Assembly (NCBI GenBank): GCA_030295235.1
Contig: AP026124.1
Location: 992,001-1,056,000 of the forward strand
DNA: 64,000 nt
Reading direction: 5' to 3'
Source of the DNA: Fistulifera solaris
Taxonomy: Eukaryota
The notes below the pieces were generated by a model, which worked only from the letters and a program-made list of their open reading frames with translations, was not told the origin of the DNA and did no database searches. This document shows positions 11,193-21,543 of this stretch, piece after piece. The translations under genes were made by a program, and so were the position numbers. Position 1 is the stretch's first letter; each line of letters starts with the position of its first letter.

Positions 11193-12590
11193 TCAGAGAC
11201 TGGGGTTACCCTTGCTCTTCTTTGCCTTGTGTGCCGCACGACCAAACTGTTCTCCCGGCATTTTTCATTGGAACTTCTTCATCCGGTGGCACTACTGCTA
11301 TCATCGGCTTTAGCTGCTGCTGCTTTAGCAGCTGCGGCCGCTTTCTTCTGTTGCTTCTTGTTTTTCTTCTTTGCAGCCCGTGCGGTTTTCACGTCTGCCT
11401 TCTGACTTTCCGTCAAAGCGTGGAAAGCGCCGGCTGCCAGTTACCGCCTTTGACCTCAACGGACAGCTTCTTCCATTCAGCTGCTGAAGACGTCTTTGCA
11501 TCACCACCTGCGGTCTGCATTCCCGCGACCTGACGACCTTTTCTTCTTACTCTGAGAACTAGACAAGCGATTGTTCGAGTTCACAGTGGAAAAATACTTC
11601 TGGGTTGCATCAAGTCTTCCATCAGCTCGTTGTTCCCGTAGACATGCAGCTTTGCTTGAGACAAGACATCACACGTGATCCCGCTCAAGAAATCTTGCAC
11701 CTTTTTCTCGACTCAGGAACAGGTTCGCCACAGTAAGAAAGTTCGTTGTGAGCCTGCAAGTGCGCAGTGATGTAGTGATCGAAGGTGTAGTCACGCTGAG
11801 GTCCTGCGACACTGGGCGTCCGCAATGTCATTGTAAGCTTTGGTCTTACGGTTCAATCTTCCATTTGCAGTGTCAGTCTGTCCTTTTAAGGTAAGGATAG
11901 CCCTTCTTCCATCCTTTTGGGTATCAAACTGCTTGATGTAAGTCCATCCGGGCCCATCTTGCACCAAAGCCTTGAATTCATTCCAAACTCGCAAGTTATC
12001 AGCTTGATAATGATCCCCAGAAAGTACGGTACAATGGTGAAAGCGTGCATCAAAAGTCGGATATGCTGCATTGAGTTCTGCTGGTGTGACTTCTTCCTTA
12101 TCACGGAAAACATAGTCCAACGGAATTTCTGCTGCACCTCGAATGCTACCAAAGTAAGTTTGCACAGCTTCCCAAAACTTGACCCACTCAGACATCTTTT
12201 TTCAACTTCGGGCGGCTTCTGCACATCTTGATCCTTCATGGACGCTGCATATGCCTTCAATTCCGCCACACGACGGCCGAAGTGTTGCTCAATTCTGCAA
12301 CTGTGAGGTGTGCAGGATTCGGATTTTCAACACCCATCCGAAGTCTGTAGAATCGCCCCACTTTCTCACAATCTTCAAGTCTTCAACAGTCTTAGGTGTT
12401 GGGTGCACTCTCACATTTGCCGGCCTGTTTGGATGAGGATACTTCAAAATTGAAGAAATTGTCTGTGCAATTGTGTCCTCCTCCATTGCCAACAAATCTG
12501 CTATGTTCGCAATGTTATTCCATGCAAGTTCAGCCCTGGTTGCGCGTTAATACCCAATCGAGTCTCCAAGAGGTTGTTCCATGAAGCCAT
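11193..12590 (-). CDS. gag: Copia Gag (frameshifted in this sequence)
   Basis: ATG at 12590 (MASWNNLLETRLG). Fragments WVKFWEAVQTYFGSIRGAAEIPLDYVFR, YQADNLRVWNEFK, DGRRAILTLK; basic C-terminus QFGRAAHKAKKSKGNPSL* ending at TGA 11193-11195. Confidence 0.8.
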
Positions 12591-12809
12591 GTTGAGAGAC
12601 CACTTCTTCTTTTAAAACAGGACAAAGAGAAATTGCAAGAGATTGAGCGTTTTCGCTCGTGATGTACTGTGACTCGAAGAGTAGTAGTACAGATTGAACG
12701 TAGAGTAAAATTGCTTGCAAAAACGAAAATGTCTCCGCAGCAGCAATTGTCAACTTGTCTTGTGCTGTTGTGGTTCAAATCGAACTCCTTCGACCTGAAT
12801 CAAAGCTGT

Positions 12810-12824
12810 ATGGGTCTGATAAAC
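12810..12824 (-). promoter_or_regulatory. Primer binding site GTTTATCAGACCCAT (half-tRNA type)
   Basis: Directly follows the 5' LTR. Its complement A-TGGGT-CT-GAT-AA-AC has tRNA anticodon-arm geometry. Confidence 0.7.
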
Positions 12825-13009
12825 ACAGTTAATCCTATTCACGGCAGCAATAGAATGAAATAGAGGCATGCAATAGATGAATTACGTTACACCTTCTAAT
12901 CATGGAGATGACCACCATGTGTTGCATGTTGCGACCGCTAACGCGAGGTACGACGGCTCATCCGTAACGGCCGTACATCCGTCAACCGTAGCATGACCGG
13001 ATTCGCTGT
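12825..13009 (-). repeat. 5' LTR (copy C, 185 bp as read)
   Basis: Matches copy B apart from two 1-nt deletions. Confidence 0.9.
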
Positions 13010-13275
13010 CTTTGCCTTCGTTTTTGGCCACGGCGAAAGAGGAAAAACCAAAATATTGAAATATTGCAGTTCTTCCATATAAGCAATCGTTTATTTCTAA
13101 AGAATGATATTATTCATCGGGATTTCGAAATGGGTGTGGTGTCTTTTTCTTGTGCAATGTTGGAGTCAACACGTCCGGTCGTCGCCGTTCGGAAAACGGC
13201 GTTACCCATCCGTCCGGTATCGCTGGATCAAAGAAGTCACCACCATTCAAGAATACGAATTGTGGGACTCGCATC
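13010..13275 (+). repeat. Right copy of the host duplication (continues into the full carboxypeptidase gene)
   Basis: Direct repeat of 6214-6482. Confidence 0.95.
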
Positions 13276-15274
13276 AAATCAAAGAGGAGTTGGAACGATG
13301 GGCCTCCCATTATCCGCAATTTGTTCGGCTCACAACGTCACAAGACGCGTACGATATTCGCCGACGGCCGGTCGAGCGGAGGATTGCCCCTTTGACGAAG
13401 GTGACGGCTGTAAAAATTACATTCTGACTGTACAAGACTTTGAGGCGTATCCGGAAGGGTCGGAGGCCTCGAGGCATCTTCCCGAAGTCCTATGGAGTGG
13501 AGAATTACACGGGGACGAACGAGTTGGCCCGACCGCGGTGCTCGAGGCCACATCACTGCTTTTATCGGCAGCTGCATGTGAGGCACTGCCGCGTCGAAAT
13601 CTCATGCCAGATGGCGATGATGAAGAAATACAAAAGGCGTGGGAACGGGAACAGCAGTTAGCGGACACTTGTCGAACGGAATTACGACAATTTGGTATTG
13701 AGGATCAACATCGGAAATGGCTTGCCAGACTGCTTTCGACGCGACGATTGGTCGTTGTACCGACAGCAAATGCGCTAGGTTACTATAGAAGCCAACGAAC
13801 AGAAAATGGAGTGGATGCGAATCGTGATTTTCCCTTTGATTTGACGGATCCGAAACAATGTATGACGACCATCGCTGGACGAACTTTGAATGAAGTCTTT
13901 CGAGAACACTTGTTTCAGCTATCGCTTACGTTTCACGGCGGTACAGAAGTCGTGAGCTATGAATGGGGAGCACCGTCCTATGAAGGCTTCGCGTCACCGG
14001 ATGATATTGCACAGTCTGCTATTGGAGGTGCCTATAGCCGGTTTGCGGGTGGTTGGTCTACTACGAAACCGTACATTTACGGAAATATGAACGAACTCGT
14101 TTATCCTGTCAGAGGCGGTATGGAAGACTGGGCGTATGCAGGATCGTGGGATCCCGATCGAGTCATCGCCTGCGAGCCGGATTCGTTTGGTGGCTATCCG
14201 AAGGAAAAGACTATCTATAACAATTCAACTCTTCGGGTATTCAACATGTTGATCGAAACGAGTCACAAGAAAATTCCACATAAATCGACTCTGGGCACTT
14301 CTATGGATGTCATGCGCAGTGACACTGAGGCGAATGGTCATGTTTCTCGTAACATTCGACTAGCTTTGCTTTCTCTCGAGCTCGTTCAGCCATATCTTTC
14401 GGTATCATCCATTAACGGATATAGCTTCACAGACGACATCGTTCCACAGTACCCGCAAGAAGATTTGTATTCATGTAAGGTAACAAAAGCGCTGAATGTT
14501 TCGTCGGCCTTGACCGAGCTTACAATCCAATGGACTGTTGGAGGAGCCTTGCACATTGATGACACGCAGTTGTGGTATGGAAAATGGGATGACGCGTTGA
14601 TGAACGAACTGAGCTGTTGGTCGCAGCCCTCGGCCGAAATGTTGAAAGATGTGTTGACGAAGGCTTCGCCTATCGGGACCACGAGCAGCAAAGGTGGTTT
14701 TGCGTCAGGATCCCCCGTCGGAGGCGCCGGTGCTACATTTTCAGCTCTCATTGACACTTCATCGTTTGAAGTTGGAGATGAAATTATTGTCATCGCGCTG
14801 GCTGAGGTCGACAAGGGATGGAAAGATCAGCCTAAAAACACTAAACCTCAGGTACCACCGCAATCACACATTGTTAATGCAAGAACAAATCCTGAATGGT
14901 ATCACGAGGTTGATGGAAGCGTCATCCAAGGCAGAATACAATGGTTTTCGACGCCCGCGACCTTACATGTTGTGAGCTCTTCCAGTTCAGAAAGCGTTGT
15001 GGAAACTCAAAGCCGATATAAGCCTTCGAATGTTTCTCCGACATCAAGCTCGGCAGAGACGCACGAAAGGAAAGGAGAAGCATTTGTCAAAATCACAACA
15101 CTGTTAACTGTTCTAGCATTTTTTGGTGCGATATTGCTCATGGGACAAATAATACTTAAAAGACGATTCAGGATTGCAAAGCGCAACAGAGTTCTTCAAT
15201 ACGTGGATGGAGAATCAGTCGAGTTACCCGGAATATCGCAGAAAAATGGATATGCTGATCAAGAAATTTTATAA
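13104..15274 (+). CDS. M14 zinc carboxypeptidase, signal peptide and C-terminal transmembrane helix
   Basis: HGDE (HxxE), DANRDF, LTFHGG, GGMEDWAY; hydrophobic N-terminus MILFIGISKWVWCLFLVQCWS; TM LLTVLAFFGAILLMGQIIL; frameshift near 13360-13380. Confidence 0.88.
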
Positions 15275-15419
15275 TGAATTATTTTTCTTTAAAGTCATGT
15301 TAATTAGACAACTAAAACTATGTTAAATCACGTATGCTAGGATTAAATTGCATCTTATTCGATTAGTAAAACAATCGTGTGCAGCTCTTGAAGGCAGTGC
15401 TTTATACATTCTAAACGAA

Positions 15420-16982
15420 TCATGACCCATTTTGATTAGATTCTTCCATTGCAACGTTGGCCGAACTTGGCTGAGGGACATCGTCGAGTTCTTCGGCTTG
15501 ACCAAGCATTTTGAACAGCGAAGCTTGAATGACTCGTTGCCTCTCTGATGTCATACCCATTTCTTCGAAGTCGAACCCATTTTCAGAAGGTTCTCTTTCA
15601 GGTTCCGTTCTCGTTCGATTTGCTGCGGCGGAAGAGCTGTTGGTTTGACGTCGACGAGAAGCACGCTTCTGATACATCTCAAAGTACCATGGAGGGTACA
15701 TAAGATTCATCGACGTGGGAACATCCAATGCCCACTCAGCAGGAATTTGAAGACATGCCTGCAGGAAAATGGCGGCGGAATCAAACATGAATTTTGGGCG
15801 TGGCGAGTTATGGTCGCCCTCGACAATGATAATATTTTTATCGCCAGCATACCTGTCGAAAAGTTGCTCGGAATGGTGCTTCTTAATAAAATCATCGTGC
15901 TCTCCCGCAACGAATAAAGCTGGGATGAAACACTTGTCCGCATGAGTTATAGGAGATATTTTCTTGAGGTTAAACCCAGCTTGTTTGGTGACTGAATTTT
16001 GAAGCATTTTGATTGCTAGCCCAACGACGAAGTTGGGAACAATTATCCCTTGTTCTCGACCCTTGTCCACCAGCTCTTCGCAGAGTTGCGTCAAATCGGC
16101 AAAGGGTGAATCCAAAATCATGCACGCTATCGACGGATCCCGATCTCCAAACATTAGCGCCGTTGCTGCCCCCATCGAGCGCCCCCACAATGCGATTGTT
16201 GAAACAACATTCGTCGCGCGCAAATGGGCAACAACACAAGAGAGATCCTCTCGTTCATTGTAGCCCAAGCTCACATATTCACCATCTGACTTCCCTGATC
16301 CGGCAAAATCGAATGCAAAGACCGCAACACCCAGCGATAGGAGGTACGAAAGTTGCGGCAGAACTTCAACTCGAGCCGAAGAGTTTCCGTGCATATATAC
16401 AACCACAGGAATTCGGTCAGTAGCTCGTTCAACTGGTTCCCAATGAGAGCATTCTAAATTGAAGCCGCGCTTTGTCCTCAAAGTGAAATCCGTTCTCGTA
16501 AAGCGTTCACCGCAAAATGTAAAGGCCGGAGGACCAAGGCTTTCCATCTAGATGTTTCAACGATTAGGAAAGATGACTTCCGAGCAATTGGGCAATCAAA
16601 TTAACATACTCACCTTATAGTCAGCACGAGGGGGCCGAATAATCGCATTTACGAGCTCTTGATAGCCTAATTTGGCCATTTGTATGTATGACAATTTTTT
16701 CGGATCTTGCTGGGCTGGTGGTTGCTCTTGTTGCTGCATGTGTTGTCGTTTGTCTCGATGCTCAGGCTGTCCCGATGAATCTGAATGACCTGATTCTCTT
16801 GAATCCCGCATGTGTACATGACCTCCCGTCGAGGCACCTTCATCCTTCATATGTTTTGGTTGACATTGTGGGGCAGCTGTACCAAAGTTAATTTTCTGAT
16901 CAGCATCCGGCGATTCCATATTGAATCCCTCTTCCAGAAACACCTTGCCCCCTGGTTCCTCTTCTGATAATACGTTCCCCAT
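15420..16982 (-). CDS. Alpha/beta hydrolase (ABHD-like), possibly N-myristoylated
   Basis: YMHGNSS, DFAGSGKSDG, WGRSMG nucleophile elbow, HDDFI, GDHN; MGN start; in-frame intron 16548-16613. Confidence 0.9.
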
Positions 16983-17414
16983 TGCGGACTTTCAAGTTGC
17001 TATCCTATCGTTCATAGATCTAGCCCGTTGATGAAGGAATTGTTCATCGTCGTCAATGAAAAATTGAAGGTCGTAAAAACTCATCGTTATGGTTCGACAA
17101 CACCATGACCATTTTGTCCGTTGACGGTTTCTGTCTATTGCGAACAGTTGAGCGTTGCGTCATCAATACCAAATCCTCTCATGTCTTTTGCACCCCCAAA
17201 CAAATTCACGGTTTTTACATAAGTTCGTGCCATGCACTTTTTGAATCACGTCTTTGTGACGTGCGATGCTTGTGACGTCACGTTTCGAGCGAAGAACAGA
17301 CGGAACCCATTTTTACTTTTCAAGCCACCAAAAAAGAAATCGCGCTTTTGTTCTTCCTTCTTGCCTTTGACAAACCACACATACTTTATCAACGCAATAC
17401 ATCTAAAAAACACA

Positions 17415-18278
17415 ATGGGCGGAGACGACTTAGGAGATGACCCTTGGATACAAGATTTTGTCGCCGACAATGATTTTGAAGAGGAAGTTGTGGCAGTCGA
17501 AGTCAAGAAAAGAAAAAGTGACGATATTTCGGAAGAACAGCCAACAAGAAAACGGAGAAAGTCGCCGGAACAACTCATTGCTGAAGCAGGAAAAGGAATT
17601 GAAGACCAGTCAGTAGAAGAGCAGGCTACTTTGATTACGACGGTCGTCAAACACAACAGCATATCGTCCCTAGAGAATCCTATTGCAGTTGACGATATTT
17701 CCTTCACGGGAGGATCGTTCGTCAAAGCACCAAATGAGGGATGCTATGCGGATCGTCTTCGTCCATTATTGTCAATGAAGAAGATAAGAAGATGGAATCA
17801 ATCGCAAAGTCCTTGTGTGGTCATCGTTTGCCTATCAGCTCGACGAGCGGTTGAAATACTGAAAGAACTGACTTCGTTAAAGTGCAGGATTGCCAAGCTA
17901 TTTCCCAAGAACGGTTCAGTGGAACAACAAGCGAAAGAACTACAGAGCTTTCATTTTCCTATTGTGATTGGCACTCCGCATCGTCTTGCCGCTCTCAGTG
18001 GATGTAGAGGCTACGGAAGCGACCAGTTTTTGAAATTCAACAAAACTATGCTCCTTGTGATTGACTCGTATGTTTCCAACAAGATGTATTCAGTGGTAAG
18101 TCCAATGCATCGCTACTTCTTTTTAAAAACCGTATGTTCTTAGCTTTCTCATCCCTGTACATCAACCACAATCAAGATTTCACTTCCAGACACAGCCCCC
18201 GACTGTGCGGCGTTGCTACGTGACGCAGTTCATCCTCAACTAAAACAACGACAAGACTTAAAGCTAGCATTCATTTAA
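17415..18278 (+). CDS. CMS1/CMSS1-like pre-ribosomal protein
   Basis: MGGDDLGDD start; VVIVCLSARRAVE, IAKLF..EQQ, IVIGTPHRL; intron 18096-18176 gives the C-terminus ..LKLAFI*. Confidence 0.75.
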
Positions 18279-18470
18279 CTTTTCTGAAGCAAGCATGAAG
18301 AATGACCGCATTTCAAGAATTAGGTATCGTTACTTGTAACACGCTTGGGGAAAACTGTTTCGTTACAAGATTGTAATGACCATTGGGTACAGCCGATGTT
18401 GTCGATACATTGGTCTCAGCCTCAATTTCAAACACACTGAGTTAAAAGAACATCTTAACTAGAACATAGA

Positions 18471-20869
18471 TTAGACATCCAAAGGAACAGAAATAAACGA
18501 TGTCTGGGTCGTGTTCTGACTGTCAAATGGATCGATTTCGCGAAGATGAGCGACTGCTGCTTCAAACGAGGCGAAATAATACCCAGTTTCTCCTATTCGG
18601 TTGATAGGGTCACAAATGGTACGAAGCAAAACACAGAGGGCGCACGGTCGCGCCATTTCCGCCTTGACGACGCAGTAGATAAAAACAGGCAAAAATTCAT
18701 CCGCCCCTATGTGACCATGTCTCTCGTCTTCACAACCTTTGAGACGCACCAAGATTCTATTGATTTCGCTTGCGGCGTCAACAATGGCTCGAAGTTTGAT
18801 ACAGGGCAACGAGCTGAGTCCTACACCCTCCTTCAGAATTTTTGCCACGGACTCCCAATGATGAAGAGTGTTCTCACCCATTGAGAAAAACCTTCCAGAG
18901 TGCTTGCTGAGTGCGCGCATTTTGTAATGAGCTTCAATATCTTCATGCCGCCAGCCATTTACAAGCCACTTTGATAGTACACTTCGTAAAGGAACATACA
19001 CTTCAATTTCTATTTGCTCGCGAACTGCCTCACGTACGAGTTTGTCCCAGAACCCTCCCCCGTGCAGCGATTCATGAATCCTTGGGTGAAGCACGTCGTA
19101 AGATTCTCTCTCAGATATTGATCGAAGGTCATGCATGCATCCTAGTAGAATGATATCTTGCAAATGATCTATAAACGCTTGAACACGGGACAGTTCTTGA
19201 ATGGCACGAATTTTTAGAGCCTTTTGCCTTCGGCTTCTAGATGTTCGATTTCTTCTAAAGTAGGTTCATGAGATCGTGTCCCATCAACGAAGTTTTCGAC
19301 AGTGGCACCCATGGTATCAAGCAAAAAAATACGATAGACGTAACGTTGAATACTCCTCTTCAGTCCTAGCCGAACGTGACTCTCATTTGCGTCCATCTCG
19401 TGGATTTCCCCGTCATTTTCATGCCACCCAACATCTACCAAAGACCCAACTACATTATCCCAGCCCAAAAAACATTGAACATGATGAGCCACTTCCGCCA
19501 TAGCCGGGTGAATGTCCTCCTTGTAAATCATGGCAATTAAAGCGCGTAAGAACGATTCTAGCTGACGCATTTTGCTAGCCTTGTCGGATGACCGTTCCTT
19601 CACGATAGGACTTCCAAAAAGAGACAGCGGGCTTTTTGGAAACGGAAGCGATGCAATTGAGTTGCAAATCGGTAATGTCGCCGCCCGCAAGTCCTGAAAA
19701 TCCTTAAAGTACCTGACAGGAGCGTACCATTCCCGGCCTGACTCAACGTCGTAAATCCAAATTGTATAGGCTGTATCATTCTCGTTCTCGTAGGCGTTCA
19801 AGATGCGGACACAAAGCGCCTTTCTAACGCCAACTAGAGGGACGATGATCTCCTCGTCCTTCCCTTTCTTGGGTATGAATGTGAACGAGCCATTCATTTC
19901 CCATAGTCTTGCTCTTTCATTCAGCTGCATAAATATCCTGTACTCTTTCACTTCCTTTTTAGTGGAAAGCAGTTGCTGTGATACCATCCTAGCTATAAAT
20001 GGATGACGTAGATTGCGTTCGGAGAGACAGTTGAGCGGTGTCGAGTAAAATGGCCGCTCCGAGCGGAACGATATCTCAAAGGAGGGAAGCTCTTCCAAGA
20101 AATCAGACGTGTCTAGGATCGATTGAGTAATCATAGAAGTCGGCGCTCCGTCATGCTGAGTGTCATATTGTTTTGTCTTTATTTTTTGCCTCAAGCAATG
20201 CAACACCACTGGATCCGAGGAAAGAAGCAACGTGCTCGCTAATCGCTGTAGTACATTATTGGACTCAGTGCCATGCGAGAAAAAGGACTGCCCATTCACC
20301 CCAACAATAATATCTCCAGGTTTAATTCCCGCTTTTGATGCTGGGCCCTCTGCATCTTCGACATTGATACCAATGGGACGACAGTTCAACGAATGGACGT
20401 AAATTGAGCGATTTTCTGCGAGCAGATTCATCCCAAGCCCAATCAACGGATCTCGCACCAGCACAGCAGAAAAGAGATCGCCGTTTGTTACCATAGGAGA
20501 ATTTGCTGAACAAGTAAAGACCTGTTCCTCGAATCTCTCGATAAGTTCCGAATACAAGTGAGGCGCACTGAGAGATTGTGCTCCAGCATGTTCATCCTCC
20601 GCTTTCCCATAAAGAGATGAGAAGTGTAACTCCTTGGTGCGTCGAGTCCTTTGTAAGATGTCACAATGCATTTCTTTCAAATCGTCAACGGTTTCTTCTG
20701 GAAAAATTTGCTTGAGCAATGCTATTCCTTGAACATCGTTGTTGACATCTTCAAGCTCGTTCAGAGAGACAGAGTCGGAAGAGATCGATAGTATAGAATG
20801 GTTGTCTGGATGTATCGAACTAGCATTTTGTTGTTCTGACTGCATTTTAAGGGTATCCCCCGCCATCAT
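18471..20869 (-). CDS. PDZ-PX-VPS9 domain protein (putative Rab5-type GEF)
   Basis: PDZ (IGLGMNL..GPASKAGIKPGDIIVGVNG), PX (RYFKDFQDLR..LPFPK..RQLESFL), VPS9 (PCIKL..IGADEFLPVFIYCVV..GETGYYFASFEAAV); frameshift near 19210. Confidence 0.85.
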
Positions 20870-21543
20870 GACATGCTTCTGTTGGCAACCAGTGGTTTCA
20901 CGATGTTGTTTTTACTAGCTTTGAATAAAAGCTGGAACAATCAACTTCTTCTCTGTAAGGCGAGATTTGAGTGTGTGTGAACTGGGAATCAATAATTTCA
21001 ATCCCAAGAAATTTATTAGACTATCACGCTTCTATCGTAGGTCAGACTAAATAAAAGCAACCTTCTTACCCACACACCCGCTTAAGAAAGCAACGCTAAA
21101 GTACTCCATTACAGATTTAGTAAAAATAGTGGTCACTGGGACTATAAGGACTTTGAAGTGCTCGATTGGTAATTGAAGGCCGTATTGCATAGGTGGTCAG
21201 CAAATAACCAAAAACATCTCTTCAATGACAGAAAAAGACTTTTTTGAAACTGGTCCTTTAACAGGTAACAGATAGAGTAATACTTTACTTGAGCTATGAA
21301 TCGTTTAAACTTTGACTTCCCTCGGAGGATTAGTTTCTAGTTTCGCAGGCGAGTGTAGCCTGAGTCCTAAAAAGCATAAAAAATGCACTTCAAGAACCCT
21401 ATCAATCTGAATAGTCATCGAAAAATCATTCGGAACTAGTGTTTACATGGTAGTTTAATTTAAAAAAAATAAAATAAGCGATAATTTCTAGAGGTTATCA
21501 AAATCTACCAAAGACTCTTGTACATCTTAGATGGACTTCCCAA

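Larger units (their letters stand above)
6484..13009 (-). mobile_element. Ty1/copia LTR retrotransposon (diatom CoDi-like), full length, with an extra LTR+PBS at its 3' end
   Basis: Domain order gag-PR-IN-RT-RH on the minus strand, bounded by near-identical ~187-bp direct repeats. Confidence 0.95.
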
